Of a stretch of DNA of 64,000 nucleotides, positions 13,101 to 24,526 are shown in pieces (position 1 is the first letter of the stretch; every line of letters begins with the position of its first letter). Where the stretch lies: positions 1-64,000 of the forward strand of contig JAADGS010000040.1 of NCBI GenBank assembly GCA_013152275.1, given 5' to 3'. Both the position numbers and the translations under genes were made by a program. A model generated the notes under the pieces. That model searched no databases and was not told the DNA's origin. It was given only the letters and a program-made list of their open reading frames with translations. The stretch is from Actinomycetota bacterium (GTDB taxonomy: Bacteria; Actinomycetota; Acidimicrobiia; Spongiisociales; UBA4744).

Positions 13101-13923
13101 AACGTTGGGTGGGGCCTTTGCGGCCAACGAGGATCCTCGGCCGCCCGGTGAGATCGTCACGAACCTCGCAGAACAGCCGGCCACCGAACATCTCCAACGC
13201 CCGCTCGCCCTGGGTCTCCCCGATCTCGCAAAAGAGCCAACCGCCCTCGGCGAGCCACCCGTGCACCTCGGCGGCGATGCGTTCCAGGATCTCGTCGCCA
13301 TCCGGGCCCGCGACCAGCGCGGCGCGCGGCTCATGCGAGCGGATCTCGTCGGGAAGCGTCCGGTACTCGGCCTCCGACACGTACGGCGGGTTCGCCACGA
13401 GAAGATCGATCTGACCCTTCATGGCAATCGGGAGCGCCGAGAACAGATCCCCCTGACAGAAATCGACGGTAACGCCATTCATCGCAGCATTCTCGGCAGC
13501 GAGGGCAAGCGCCTCCTCCGACAAATCGGTGGCCGTGACACGAGCCTCCGGAAAGGCCTTCCGGAGCGCGACGGCGAGCGCCCCCGAGCCGGTACACAGA
13601 TCGACGATCCGCGTGTCCGGCCCCGCACCGGCGATGGCGTGGGCGGCCTGCTCCCAGAGATACTCGGTTTCCGGACGGGGAATCAGAGCACGACCGTCCA
13701 CACGCAGCTCCACGGGGCCGAACGGAATGATTCCTTCGAGGTATTGGAGCGGCTCACCTGCTCTGCGTCGAGCGACCAGGCCGGCAAATCGTGCCGTCTC
13801 CTCTGCCGTGGGCGCAACGCCGGTGTAGAGACCAGATCGCGATCGGCCCGTGACGGCCATCAACAGACGCTCCGCCTCGTGGAGCGCAAGACCGGAGTCA
13901 CGCAGGAGCGAGTCATCAGTCAT
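13099..13923 (-). CDS. prmC: Release factor glutamine methyltransferase
   Basis: ALIPRPETE, DLCTGSG, NPPY. Confidence 0.96.
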   Translation of the reverse strand: MTDDSLLRDSGLALHEAERLLMAVTGRSRSGLYTGVAPTAEETARFAGLVARRRAGEPLQYLEGIIPFGPVELRVDGRALIPRPETEYLWEQAAHAIAGAGPDTRIVDLCTGSGALAVALRKAFPEARVTATDLSEEALALAAENAAMNGVTVDFCQGDLFSALPIAMKGQIDLLVANPPYVSEAEYRTLPDEIRSHEPRAALVAGPDGDEILERIAAEVHGWLAEGGWLFCEIGETQGERALEMFGGRLFCEVRDDLTGRPRILVGRKGPTQR

Positions 13924-14037
13924 CGGTCGGGCTCGCTCCACTCGCTGTGCCTGGTGTTCTGTGCTCGGTATTCGATACCGCGATCCCAAGGCGCTGCCGG
14001 ACCGCGGGGCGACTGCGGGGCAACCGAAACCGGAGAC

Positions 14038-15110
14038 TCATTCGCCTTCGGTCAGACGACGGGCCTGCTCATCCGCGGTCAACGCCTCGATGAATTCGTC
14101 CAGGTCGCCTTCGAGCACCTGAGGGAGGCGCTTGACGGTCAGCTTGATGCGGTGATCCGTGACCCGGTTGTCCTTGTAGTTGTACGTGCGGATCTTCTCG
14201 GACCGGTACCGACCTGCGCCCGCCGCTCCCCCGCGATCTCGGACTGTTGCTCCTCGAGTTGCCGTTGATAGAGACGGGCCCGCAAGATGCGGAACGCCTT
14301 GTCCTTGTTCTGGAGCTGGGACTTCTCGTCCTGGCAACTCACGACCAGGCCGGTCGGCAGATGGGTCAGCCGGACCGCGGAGTCCGTCGTGTTCACCGAC
14401 TGGCCCCCGGGGCCGCTCGATCGGTACACGTCGACTCGTACGTCGGCGGGATCGATCTGGATCTCGACCTCTTCGGCTTCGGGCAGCACCGCGACGGTGG
14501 CCGTGGAGGTATGTACCCGCCCCTGTGACTCGGTCTGCGGCACCCGCTGCACCCGATGGACACCGGCCTCGTACTTGAGTTTGGAATACGCGCCTTTGCC
14601 TTTCACGGAGAAGATCACCTCCTTGAAGCCACCGGCCTCCGAGGGCGAGGTCTCCAGGACCTCGGTCGTGAACCCTTGTGCCTCCGCATACGCCTGGTAC
14701 ATGTGCTGGAGATCGCCCGCCCAGATCGCGGCCTCGTCGCCGCCGGCCGCCGACCGAACCTCCACGATCACGTCCTTGTCGTCATTGGGATCGGTCGGGA
14801 CAAGAGCGAGATGGAGGTCTCGCTCCAGCCGTTCCATGTCGCGACGCCGTTCGGCAGCGAGATCTCGAAACTCCTGTGCGGTCGCAGGATCAGATTCCTG
14901 CTGCGCCAAATCCTCGGCTTCTTCCGCGTCGGTGGCGGCCGCCTTGTAGGCGCCGTACTGTTCGACGATGCGACGAAGCTCGGCGTGACGCCTGGCCAGG
15001 CCTGTGTACCGGTTTCGATCAGAGGTCGCACCCGGCTCGGCGAGATCTTCCTCGACTCGAGCGAAGGCTTTCTCGATCCCTTCCAACCGCTCAATGAGTC
15101 GGCGATCCAT
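14038..15110 (-). CDS. prfA: Peptide chain release factor 1, frameshifted near 14204 (probably assembly error)
   Basis: HRVQRVPQT (PxT) and GGQ motifs. The C-terminal RSEKIRTYN...RVTDHRI is in another frame. Confidence 0.92.
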
Positions 15111-15111
15111 C

Positions 15112-16050
15112 TCAGTTCGCCAGGGCACGAAGCGCCGCAGGGCAGACGGGCCCTCGCGCCTTGACTTCCTCGACTTCTTCGGGTTCGAGCGCAGCGAGGA
15201 GAGCGGCGACTGCAACCTCCACCTGGTCGTCGGCGGGATGGTCGGTTGTGAGTTTCTGGAGCCACAGCCCCGGAGCGGCGAGGATGCGGCCGAGACGATC
15301 GCCACCATGAAGGCCGGAGAACTTGAGGATCTCGTAGGCAAAGCCGGCAATCACCGGGATCAACACGATCCTGGAGGCGATGAGCTGGATCCAGCCCGGC
15401 CGGCCAAGGAGCGTGAACACGACCAAAGAGATGAACACCACGATCAGCAGGAAGTTCGTACCACAACGCGGATGCTCGGGCGGGTGCTTCTGGATATGGT
15501 CGACCGTGAGCGCTTCTCCCGCCTCGTAGGCGTGGATCGTCTGGTGCTCTGCACCGTGGTATTCGAAGACCCGGCGGATCTCCTTCGATCGCCCGATACC
15601 CCAGACATAGCCGACGAAGAGCAGTCCTCGCACAATTCCATCGATGAGGTTGAACGAGAACGACGATCCGCCGATGAACGGTGTGAGGAGCTTCGCGACA
15701 CCGAGTGGAGCGAGAACGAAGATCAACAGGACGGCGGCGACCGAGAATGCGATCGTCCCCACGAGCTGCAGTTTCGTGAACTCTTCCTCATCCTCGGGAA
15801 CGGCCTTCTGTGCGGACCATGACAACGCCTTGAATCCGAGCACAAGCGATTCATACAAGACCATGACTCCGCGCACGAAGGGGATTCGAGCGGCGCGCGA
15901 ACGCGACGACAGCCTCGGAAGGTCGTGTTTCACCGTCTCGATCTCACCGGACGGGACTCGAACCGCGATCGCCCACGAACTCGGGGCTCGCATCATGACC
16001 CCTTCGATAACTGCCTGACCGCCAACGGTCGCGCCGGGCGTGCGGCTCAC
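15112..16050 (-). CDS. DUF1385 membrane protein
   Basis: GGQAVIEGVMM, YHGAEH, HPRCGTNF; usual position between rpmE and prfA. Confidence 0.9.
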   Translation of the reverse strand: MSRTPGATVGGQAVIEGVMMRAPSSWAIAVRVPSGEIETVKHDLPRLSSRSRAARIPFVRGVMVLYESLVLGFKALSWSAQKAVPEDEEEFTKLQLVGTIAFSVAAVLLIFVLAPLGVAKLLTPFIGGSSFSFNLIDGIVRGLLFVGYVWGIGRSKEIRRVFEYHGAEHQTIHAYEAGEALTVDHIQKHPPEHPRCGTNFLLIVVFISLVVFTLLGRPGWIQLIASRIVLIPVIAGFAYEILKFSGLHGGDRLGRILAAPGLWLQKLTTDHPADDQVEVAVAALLAALEPEEVEEVKARGPVCPAALRALAN

Positions 16051-16071
16051 TTGTTCACCTCCGGGATGGAC

Positions 16072-16308
16072 CTACTGGTCTGAAGTTTCCTCGTCGGTGT
16101 GCGTGAAGCTCTTGCGGCCGTAACGCTTCTGGAAACGCTCGACCCTGCCGCCCGTGTCGACGAGCTTCTGGCGTCCTGTGAAGAACGGATGGCACTCGTT
16201 GCAGAGGTCGACATGCAGCTCCGGCTTCGTGGAACGGGTCTTGAACGTGTTCCCACATGAACACGTCACCGTCGCCTCCACGTACTTGGGGTGGATACCT
16301 GCCTTCAC
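16072..16308 (-). CDS. rpmE: 50S ribosomal protein L31 (Zn-binding type)
   Basis: [25 protein letters not shown]. Confidence 0.97.
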   Translation of the reverse strand: MKAGIHPKYVEATVTCSCGNTFKTRSTKPELHVDLCNECHPFFTGRQKLVDTGGRVERFQKRYGRKSFTHTDEETSDQ

Positions 16309-16319
16309 AACGTCTCCTC

Positions 16320-17858
16320 TTAGGTAGACCTGGCCACCTCGGCCAGGAAATCTGTGTTGGACCTCGTAGTCTTCAAACGGTCGATCAACAATTCGAGTGC
16401 CGCTCCGGGCTCGAGTGCCAGAAGCACTCGGCGCAGCTTCCACACCTGCAGAAGCTCCTGCCTGTCGAACAACAACTCCTCTTTGCGTGTTCCCGATTGT
16501 GAAATGTCAACGGCAGGATAGATCCTGCGATCGGCGAGGCCGCGATCGAGCCGAAGCTCCATGTTGCCGGTGCCTTTGAACTCCTCGAAGATCACCTCGT
16601 CCATGCGAGAACCCGTTTCGACGAGTGCGGTGGCCATGATCGTCAGGCTGCCACCCTCTTCGATGTTTCGGGCGGCTCCAAAGAACCGCTTCGGTGGGTA
16701 CAGAGCCGTCGAGTCCACGCCACCGGAGAGGATCCGCCCGCTCGCCGGCGTGGCGAGGTTGTGGGCCCGGGCCAGACGAGTGATCGAGTCGAGGAGGATG
16801 ACGACGTCGGTCCCCATCTCCACGAGTCGCTTCGCCCGCTCCAACGCAAGGTCGGAGACCTGGGTATGTTCCTCGGCCGGACGGTCGAAAGTCGAATACA
16901 CGACCTCGCCCTTGACGGAACGCTGCATGTCCGTGACCTCTTCGGGACGCTCGTCGACGAGCACGACCATCACGTAGCACTCGGGGTTGTTGACCTCGAT
17001 CGAGTGCGCGATCTCCTTCAACACGGTGGTCTTGCCGGCCTTCGACGGGGACACGATCATCCCTCGTTGTCCTTTGCCGATTGGAGCGATCAGGTCGATG
17101 ATCCTCGCCAGGCTGTGGTTCGGCATGCCTTCCACTTCGAGTCGAAGCCTGATATCCGGGAACAGGGGTGTGAGCTTGGAGAACTTCGGTCGTTGCCGGG
17201 CCTCCTCGGCCGTCATCCCGTTCACGCTGAGGATCCGCGTCAACGCGGGGAACTTCTCCTGTGACCTGGGCGGCCGGATCGGTCCGCTCACCTGGTCCCC
17301 CTTGCGCAGCCCGAACTTGCGGATCTGGCTGGCGGAAACGTAGACGTCCAGCTCGCCGGGAAGGTAGCCCGTGACTCTGAGGAACCCGTATCCCTCAGGA
17401 AGAATGTCGAGGATGCCCTCACGCTGTTCGAGTTCCCCTTCAGGGATCTGGGACTGGCCACCACCGGAGGAACGGCGACGCCGCCTCCGGTTGCGCTGAG
17501 TATCGCCCTGGTGATGCTCGTCACCTTGGCGCTGCTCGCGCTGAGAGCCACCGTCGTCGGAACGAGCCGACTCGTCGCCGGAGGTCGAGTCCTGGCCACG
17601 ATCGGCCTCGTCACCGGTTGCCGCACCATCGCTTGCAGCCGTTGGCTCACCGTCGCCGGCCGGCTCGGGTGTTTCGACAGGCGTAGCCACGGGAAGGTCG
17701 ATGGGAGCCGGCTCGCTGCTCACCGCAACACCGTCGGCATTCAGGATCCTGTCGATGAGTTTTGCCTTCTGCAGACCATCGGTCTCGATATCCACCGCGG
17801 CCGCGATGGTTCGGAGGTCCTTCACGGATTTCTCCTGGAGTTCCGATCTGGTGGTCAT
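16320..17858 (-). CDS. rho: Transcription termination factor Rho, with N-terminal insertion
   Basis: [30 protein letters not shown]; acidic and Arg-rich insert. Confidence 0.98.
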   Translation of the reverse strand: MTTRSELQEKSVKDLRTIAAAVDIETDGLQKAKLIDRILNADGVAVSSEPAPIDLPVATPVETPEPAGDGEPTAASDGAATGDEADRGQDSTSGDESARSDDGGSQREQRQGDEHHQGDTQRNRRRRRRSSGGGQSQIPEGELEQREGILDILPEGYGFLRVTGYLPGELDVYVSASQIRKFGLRKGDQVSGPIRPPRSQEKFPALTRILSVNGMTAEEARQRPKFSKLTPLFPDIRLRLEVEGMPNHSLARIIDLIAPIGKGQRGMIVSPSKAGKTTVLKEIAHSIEVNNPECYVMVVLVDERPEEVTDMQRSVKGEVVYSTFDRPAEEHTQVSDLALERAKRLVEMGTDVVILLDSITRLARAHNLATPASGRILSGGVDSTALYPPKRFFGAARNIEEGGSLTIMATALVETGSRMDEVIFEEFKGTGNMELRLDRGLADRRIYPAVDISQSGTRKEELLFDRQELLQVWKLRRVLLALEPGAALELLIDRLKTTRSNTDFLAEVARST

Positions 17859-18001
17859 GTCATCCTTTCAGTCGGGAAGCCGTCATAAGAGGCTCGGCGA
17901 CATGCTCTCTCGATGCCTCTTGCCTCTCACGGCACGAAGGAACATCATCGGAGGCTTGGGAACCCGACGCGATCAACGATCGATGCGCCGGGGGTGTGCA
18001 C

Positions 18002-19343
18002 TCATTGTACGGTGGATTCGCCGATCTTCCAAGTACGAAAGTGCTCGATGAACTCTTCCACGGCCACCGAGCTTGCAGGAAGGACCGTGAAGTGCTCCTC
18101 GCGGTCGGCAAGGTCGGCGATCCTGGACGGAGTATCGGGCGTTTTCCCGATCGCCACTTCGACGACCTCCGGGAACTTTGCCGGATGGGCCGTACCCACC
18201 ACGATCACCGGAACGTCACGCTCCTCGGCGTCCGAGGCGGCGACCGCAACGGCAGTGTGGGGATCGATCTGCCTGCCCCACCTACGAAAGACCGTACCGA
18301 TGACATCCACGATCTGGTCATCGGTGAACCAATGCCCTCTGAAGGACGTCCGACCGAGCCCGGGGATTCCCGCGCCGGCCATCGCCATGGCGACGCGATC
18401 GCCGTCACGGCCGAGGAGTTCGTAGACCAGGCGCTCGAGGTTCGACGGAATCTGAATGTCCATTGCGGGAGCAACCGTCGGAATCACGTCGCTCGGGACA
18501 ATGGATCCGTCCTCGACAAAGCGCACGACACTGCGGTTCACGTTCGTCCCGACGATCAATCTGCGAATGGGGACCCCCATCCGCTTCGCGACCCAGGCGG
18601 AGTAGACATTGCCGAAGTTGCCCGTCGGCACGGCCACGTCGACCTCGTCGGCTCCGACGGCGTTTACCGCCCACACATAGTATGGGATCTGGCCCATCAC
18701 CCGCGCCCAGTTGATCGAGTTCACCGACGAGACGGGACCATCCATCCTGATGAGCAGTTCTTTGACGATGCGCTGGCAATCGTCGAAGGTCCCTTCGATC
18801 GCGACGTTGTGCACGTTCGCGGCGGCAACCGTCGTCATCTGACGTCGCTGCACGTCGGAGACTCTTCCATGGGGATGGAGGATGACGACGTCGAGCGCGG
18901 GACGACCTGCCACGGCCGCGATCGCAGCCGCCTGACGTCGCACCAAGCACCACGTAGTGCTCACCACGTGTTTCGAGTGCGTGATCGAGCAGCCGTCCGA
19001 GCCACTGGAGCGCGTAGTCCTTGAACGCAAACGTGGGTCCCCAGAACAGCTCGAGCAGGTACCGTGCGTCCCCGAGTTCGGTGATCGGTACGAGGCGATC
19101 GAACCCTTCATACGCGGCGCCGGCGAGCGCCGACAGCTCGCCCGGGTCCCCTGCGCCGAACATCCCGCCGACCGCGGCCACAAGGTCCGGGTAGGACAAC
19201 CGGCCGAGATCGCGAAGATCCCCAGAGTCGAGCTCCGGCCACGTTTCCGGGACGAAAAGACCGCCATCGCCTGCAAGCCCGCTGAGCAGCACGTCTTCGA
19301 AGGACGCCCCGGCGACCCCACCGCGGGTCGACACATATCTCAT
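18002..19343 (-). CDS. thrC: Threonine synthase, frameshifted near 18930
   Basis: MRYVSTRG, FKD (PLP Lys) and GATSG, then a frame switch to AAIAAV...NSINWAR...PTGNFGN...HPAKF. Confidence 0.9.
18004..18032 (-). promoter_or_regulatory. Putative sigma70-type promoter of rho
   Basis: TTGGAA-17 nt-TACAAT on the minus strand at the end of thrC, about 140 nt upstream of the rho ATG. Confidence 0.5.
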
Positions 19344-20623
19344 GGTTCGTCGCTCTGCACCCGTATCGACGCGGCCACCTCCCGCACTTCGTCGAGGTCC
19401 TCCAGCGACGCGACCGCGGCACGCAGGTCCGTCTCGAGCGCATCGTGGGTAATCAGCAGCAGGGTTGCCTCGTCACCACGCCCCTCCTGCCAGACCGACT
19501 TGATGCTGACCTCCGCCTCCCCGAACGCACCGGCGATCTTGGCAAGTACGCCGGGAGCATCGAGGACGTGCAGGCGGATGTACCACTTGGTCATCGCCTC
19601 CTCGAAAGGGCGGACGCGTCCAGGGCCGAAACGGACCCGAGGTGTGGCTCGCGGCCCTGCGAGAAGTTCGCGAGCGGCGTCGATGATGTCACCGAGCACG
19701 GCCGTCGCCGTCGGGCCGCCTCCCGCACCGGGACCGGAGAACAGCAACTTGCCCACCTTCGGACCTTCCACGAACACGGCATTGGCCACACCCCTGACCG
19801 ACGCCAGCGGATGAGATCTGGAAACGAGGGTCGGATGGACCCGAACCGTGATGCCGTCTTCGTCCTTGTCTGCGATGGCGAGGAGTTTCAGAACGTAACC
19901 GAGATCGGCCGCGAAGCCGACGTCCGCTATCTGGACGTTCTCGATTCCCTCCCGGTACACCTGATCGGTGCTCACGACGGTCCCGAACGCAAGGCTGGCG
20001 AGGATGGCGGCCTTCGCCACCGCATCGGCACCAGAGATGTCTGCGGTCGGATCGGCCTCGGCGAAACCTCGTTCCTGCGCCTCTCGTAGGGCATCTTCGA
20101 ACCGGGCACCGTCTTCGGTCATGCGCGTCAGCAGGTAGTTCGTCGTTCCGTTGACGATTCCCATCACACGCGTCAACGATTCACCGGCGAGCGTCTCGGT
20201 GAGCGGGCGGATGATCGGGATGCCTCCACCGACGGACGCTTCGAAGAGCAACGACACACCGGTGCGGGCCGCTTCTTCCAACAGTTCCACGCCCCTCGCA
20301 GCGACGAGTTCCTTGTTGGCGGTGACGACGGGCTTGCCGGCGCGGAGTGCAGAGAGAACGAGCTCGCCGGCCGGCTCCAGACCGCCCATCACCTCGACGA
20401 CGAGCTGCACGTCCGGATCGTCGATCACCACTCGGGGATTCGTCGTGATGAGATCATCGGGGATCGGGAATACCCGAGTCTTCTCTGGCGACCGGATCGC
20501 CACCCTGCGGACCTGGAGCTCGAGTCCCGTGCGTGCGGTCAACGCGTCACGATCCTCGATGAGGCGCTGCAGCAGCGCACCTCCCACGATTCCGCCTCCA
20601 AGAATGCCGATGCCTACGGCCAT
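19340..20623 (-). CDS. hom: Homoserine dehydrogenase
   Basis: GGGIVG, VTANK, EASVGGGIP, NGTTNY, C-terminal ACT domain. Confidence 0.96.
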   Translation of the reverse strand: MAVGIGILGGGIVGGALLQRLIEDRDALTARTGLELQVRRVAIRSPEKTRVFPIPDDLITTNPRVVIDDPDVQLVVEVMGGLEPAGELVLSALRAGKPVVTANKELVAARGVELLEEAARTGVSLLFEASVGGGIPIIRPLTETLAGESLTRVMGIVNGTTNYLLTRMTEDGARFEDALREAQERGFAEADPTADISGADAVAKAAILASLAFGTVVSTDQVYREGIENVQIADVGFAADLGYVLKLLAIADKDEDGITVRVHPTLVSRSHPLASVRGVANAVFVEGPKVGKLLFSGPGAGGGPTATAVLGDIIDAARELLAGPRATPRVRFGPGRVRPFEEAMTKWYIRLHVLDAPGVLAKIAGAFGEAEVSIKSVWQEGRGDEATLLLITHDALETDLRAAVASLEDLDEVREVAASIRVQSDEP

Positions 20624-20709
20624 TGCAGCTCCATGATCGGCGATGGTAGCCACCGAGGCTCTTTTCCATCGGAGCAAATGGCCTGACACTCCGGTACGCT
20701 CTCGGCACA

Positions 20710-21981
20710 ATGCCCGGTCCACTCCCCGATTTCCTGCTTCCCGACAACGCCGACGTCGTCGAAGGGCGTCTTCAGATTGCCGGGTGTGACACGCTCGATC
20801 TGGCTCGAGAGTTCGAAACGCCTCTGTTCGTCTACGACGAGGATCACATCCGAAACCGTTGTCGCGAAGCCGTCGCAGCGTTCGGTGACGGTGTCACGTA
20901 CGCAACGAAGGCGTTCCTGTGCACTGCGATGGCCCGGTTGGCCCACGAAGAGGGAATGTGCCTCGATGTCGCGACCGGAGGGGAACTGGCCGTCGTCCTC
21001 GCTGCCGGCGTACCCGCGACGCGCGCGGTCATGCACGGCAACAACAAGTCGCCCGAAGAGCTCGAAATGGCCATGAGTATGGGTGTTGGGCGCCTGGTCA
21101 TCGACAACTTCGACGAGATGGACCGCATCGATGCGCTCCACCGTCGAGGACTCCCCGTTCCCGACGTGTTGATCCGGGTCACACCGGGCGTGGAAGCACA
21201 CACACACGAGTTCGTGCAAACCGGCCGGGACGACACGAAGTTCGGATTCACCGCTTCCACCGGCGCGGCCGACGCTGCAATCCGCCGAGCCGATGCATCC
21301 GAGAGCATGCGCCTCGTCGGCCTTCACGCACACATCGGCAGCCAGGTGTTCTCCCTCGAAGCATTCGCCCAGGCTGCACGCGTGGTCGCACGGCTCGCCG
21401 CCCCGTACCGGCTCCCCGAGCTCTCCCTGGGTGGCGGACTCGGGGTGCCGTACGTCGATGGCGAGAACGCACCCACGATCACCGAATGGGCGCAGACCAT
21501 CGAGGCCGTGCTGCACTCCGAAGGCGTCGACGCTCGTCTGTCGGCCGAGCCGGGCCGATCGATCGTGGCCACGGCCGCGATCACGCTCTACACGGTTGGA
21601 ACGGTGAAAGAGATCCCCGGTATCCGCACGTATGTCGCTGTCGACGGTGGGATGAGCGACAACCCGCGTCCCGTCCTCTACGGCAGCGGCTATGAGACCT
21701 TCCTGCCTCGCGCCGTCGACAGCGCTCGCACCCGAGCGATCAGGGTCGTCGGCAAACACTGTGAATCGGGCGACGTGCTGGTGGCCGAAGGGTGGGTTCC
21801 CGAGGATCTGCACGTCGATGACCTTCTCGCCACTCCGGTCACCGGAGCGTACGGGCACTCGATGGGCTCCAACTACAACAAGGTCCGCCGGCCGGCCGTC
21901 GTCTTCTGCCGAGATGGCGATGCCCGCCTCGTCGTACGGCGGGAGACCTATGCAGATCTGCTGCGACTCGACACGGGATGA
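20710..21981 (+). CDS. lysA: Diaminopimelate decarboxylase
   Basis: YATKA, HIGSQ, EPGR, HCESGD. Confidence 0.97.
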   Translation: MPGPLPDFLLPDNADVVEGRLQIAGCDTLDLAREFETPLFVYDEDHIRNRCREAVAAFGDGVTYATKAFLCTAMARLAHEEGMCLDVATGGELAVVLAAGVPATRAVMHGNNKSPEELEMAMSMGVGRLVIDNFDEMDRIDALHRRGLPVPDVLIRVTPGVEAHTHEFVQTGRDDTKFGFTASTGAADAAIRRADASESMRLVGLHAHIGSQVFSLEAFAQAARVVARLAAPYRLPELSLGGGLGVPYVDGENAPTITEWAQTIEAVLHSEGVDARLSAEPGRSIVATAAITLYTVGTVKEIPGIRTYVAVDGGMSDNPRPVLYGSGYETFLPRAVDSARTRAIRVVGKHCESGDVLVAEGWVPEDLHVDDLLATPVTGAYGHSMGSNYNKVRRPAVVFCRDGDARLVVRRETYADLLRLDTG

Positions 21982-22026
21982 GCGTCCGGCGTACTCGCGC
22001 AGGCCGGGCGGTAACATGGCGTTTCC

Positions 22027-22101
<75 letters not shown>

Positions 22102-22111
22102 CACACCGCGT

Positions 22112-22158
22112 TTCTCGTCGATGCCGGCCGCACACATTCACGCCGGCATCGATGAGAA
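22112..22158. repeat. 47-bp hairpin (REP-like; may act as a terminator between convergent units)
   Basis: TTCTCGTCGATGCCGGC...GCCGGCATCGATGAGAA. Confidence 0.7.
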
Positions 22159-22175
22159 TGGGGATGCGGGAGGGC

Positions 22176-22376
22176 TCAACGAGCGAAGTAGTGCAGACCG
22201 AGCCACATCCAGCCGGCCATGACACCGATGCGGCCCGTGCGGCTGTGCATGATCCTGGTGAGCACCACCCCCAACGACGGGATATCGGATCCCTCACGAA
22301 GGCTCATCAACTGCACCGCCACACCTGCGAGCGCGATCAACGCATAGATCGCGACAGTGACGTCATGACTACTCAT
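22176..22376 (-). CDS. Small membrane protein, DUF6186-like
   Basis: 66 aa, two TM segments, ends WMWLGLHYFAR; ATGA-coupled to the upstream gene. Confidence 0.7.
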   Translation of the reverse strand: MSSHDVTVAIYALIALAGVAVQLMSLREGSDIPSLGVVLTRIMHSRTGRIGVMAGWMWLGLHYFAR

Positions 22377-23086
22377 CGTCTCACCAGGTACCAGCCGAGC
22401 ACCAACCACAGGAACAAAGAAACGGAGCGTCCGACGTGCCCCGAGAGAATCGGGTCCATGAGAACACTCAACGTCGGATGCGCATAGGAACCGACATCGA
22501 GAGACGGCTGGAGGAGCAGGTTGGTGAGCTCCCACAGTCCCAGAGCGACGAACACGGTTGCCCACGCCCTGGCGCCTTGACGACTGATCGGCGCCGGCTC
22601 GGGCCCGGACACGGGTGGTTCCCGCCACACGGTCACCAGACCCAGAAGCCCGGGTACGACGACCGCGACCGTTGCCGGCCACGAGTACCGCACGAAACCT
22701 CCGACGATCGCCGCGTAGAGAACGACAACGGCCACTCCGGTGAGGGTGCGCTCCGAGCCGTGGGCGGGTTCGGCCGGAGCGTTCTGCGCTCCCGAGCCCC
22801 TGCCATCCCGCCCGTCGACATCGTCGGCCTGAATGCCGGGACCATGGCTCTCCGCCCCTTCGGCGGCGGTCCGAACAAGCACCAGGCCGACACCGATGAG
22901 CAGAACGGCATGAAGGGGGTTGCCGGAGAGTCCATCGAACATTCCCGCGAGGATCAGGATGACGATCACAGGACTCTGTACTGCGGCGCCCAGGGTCGTC
23001 CGCAACACATGCCACCGAGGCGCAGGAACGGCATCTCGAAGCGATCCCTCCCGGTCCTCGTCCGGCGCTTCCTCGCCTGCCTTCAT
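22373..23086 (-). CDS. Hypothetical integral membrane protein
   Basis: Multiple TM segments; WEL...HPTLS...DP motif. Confidence 0.7.
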   Translation of the reverse strand: MKAGEEAPDEDREGSLRDAVPAPRWHVLRTTLGAAVQSPVIVILILAGMFDGLSGNPLHAVLLIGVGLVLVRTAAEGAESHGPGIQADDVDGRDGRGSGAQNAPAEPAHGSERTLTGVAVVVLYAAIVGGFVRYSWPATVAVVVPGLLGLVTVWREPPVSGPEPAPISRQGARAWATVFVALGLWELTNLLLQPSLDVGSYAHPTLSVLMDPILSGHVGRSVSLFLWLVLGWYLVRR

Positions 23087-23209
23087 CGACTCATTGTTGC
23101 ATCCGGCGGCGATGGCTGCGCAGCCCGGCCGGACGACGAGTCGACGGCCTACGAACCGAACGCCGATCCCGGTCGGCGAGGGCGGCTCATCCTCTCGACG
23201 AACGCCCGG

Positions 23210-24526
23210 TCACTCCCCTGACAGCACCGCGCCGAGCCGTACGGCGTCGGCCGCGAGCCCGGACAGGCCGATCCCCCGATATCCCCATCCGGCGACGTGG
23301 AGCCCCGGCAGACCCGACAACGCCGTATCCAGCTTGTCGAGCCATGCGACATGTCCCACGTCGTACTGCGGGATGCCCGGTTCCTGACGGATCACCCTGG
23401 TCCACGACGGCTTCATCTCGACACCGCACACCCGACCGGTCTCCTCGATGAACAGCGCAACGAGATCTTCGTCGGAGCGCTCCATCACGGCCGGGTCGGC
23501 GGCACCCCCGTAGATGCCTTTGGCGAGCGTGTGCAATGAGGGCGCCCGGCCCGGGGCGTACCGGGACTCGAACAGGATTCCCAGCGCGTGCACGTTGGCG
23601 TCCGGGCCGATGAGCACACCGAAACCCGACGGAACCGGCACATCTGCGGTCCGACCCGCGATCCAGACGACGACGACCGGTGCCGTCGTTCCCTCGGCAA
23701 CGATGCCGGAAACCTCTGATGGAAGGAGACGTGCCGCGGCATGCGGGGGCACCGCAACGATGACCGTGTCTGCTCGCTCTTCGCCGGGACCGTGAACGGT
23801 CCAGCCTCCATCGTCCCGTTCGATCGAGGTGACCGGCCACTCGGATCGATACGCTCCACCGAGGTGTGCCGCAAGCGTCCTTGCCACACCGGCCATCCCC
23901 TCGGCTGCGACGTGCACGCTCGCCCTCGGACGCCCTTTCGGACGCTGCCTCATCCGGGCAATGCCGCCCCTGATCATGCTGCCGGCTTCATCCTCGAGCG
24001 CAACCATCTTCGGGAACGCGCCACGCATCGAAAGCCGGCTCGGATCTCCGGCGAAGACGCCATGGGCCATCAGCGTCGAGGCGAGGGCGCCAAGTTCGGG
24101 ACCGAACCTCCGCTCGAAGAAACCGTGCATCGATTCGTCGCCGTCCGGCGGCGGGGTCTTGACCCACGGCTCACGAACGGCGCGCAGCTTGGCCTTCCAC
24201 GAAACCAACGGTGCGAGCAGAAGAGCCGGGGATTCGGGGATCTCTATGAGTCTCCCCCGCGTGTAGACGTACCGATTCTTCGCGGCTTCTGCCGCAGGGA
24301 CCATCTCGACTCCGGCGGTCTCGAGGATCGGAGAAAGCTCGGGGTTGGGAAGCAGCACCGAGCTTGCCGCCGGTTCCAGGACAAACCCATCCTCGATGAC
24401 GGTGCGAGCAACGCCGCCCGGCTCGGAAGTGGCTTCCAGCACGGTAACGTCCATGCCCCGACGGCGCAGCTCCACGGCGGTGAACAGCCCTCCCAGGCCG
24501 CCACCGACGACAATGACGTTCTTCAC
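23210..24526 (-). CDS. hemG: Protoporphyrinogen oxidase (HemY/PgoX type)
   Basis: VGGGLGG FAD motif, GFGVL, IPQYDVGH. Confidence 0.92.
   Translation of the reverse strand: MKNVIVVGGGLGGLFTAVELRRRGMDVTVLEATSEPGGVARTVIEDGFVLEPAASSVLLPNPELSPILETAGVEMVPAAEAAKNRYVYTRGRLIEIPESPALLLAPLVSWKAKLRAVREPWVKTPPPDGDESMHGFFERRFGPELGALASTLMAHGVFAGDPSRLSMRGAFPKMVALEDEAGSMIRGGIARMRQRPKGRPRASVHVAAEGMAGVARTLAAHLGGAYRSEWPVTSIERDDGGWTVHGPGEERADTVIVAVPPHAAARLLPSEVSGIVAEGTTAPVVVVWIAGRTADVPVPSGFGVLIGPDANVHALGILFESRYAPGRAPSLHTLAKGIYGGAADPAVMERSDEDLVALFIEETGRVCGVEMKPSWTRVIRQEPGIPQYDVGHVAWLDKLDTALSGLPGLHVAGWGYRGIGLSGLAADAVRLGAVLSGE

Noticed and set aside
13946..13980. Degenerate 7-mer periodicity between prfA and prmC
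   Set aside because: Only about two 14-bp units plus a short hairpin; too short to support a repeat family.
14190..14220. Programmed ribosomal frameshift in prfA
   Set aside because: The known release-factor frameshift is in prfB near the 5' end at CTT-TGA. There is no such site here and conserved codons are missing, which indicates a deletion.
22102..23209. Integrated element at tRNA-Arg
   Set aside because: No integrase and no duplicated tRNA 3' end was seen.
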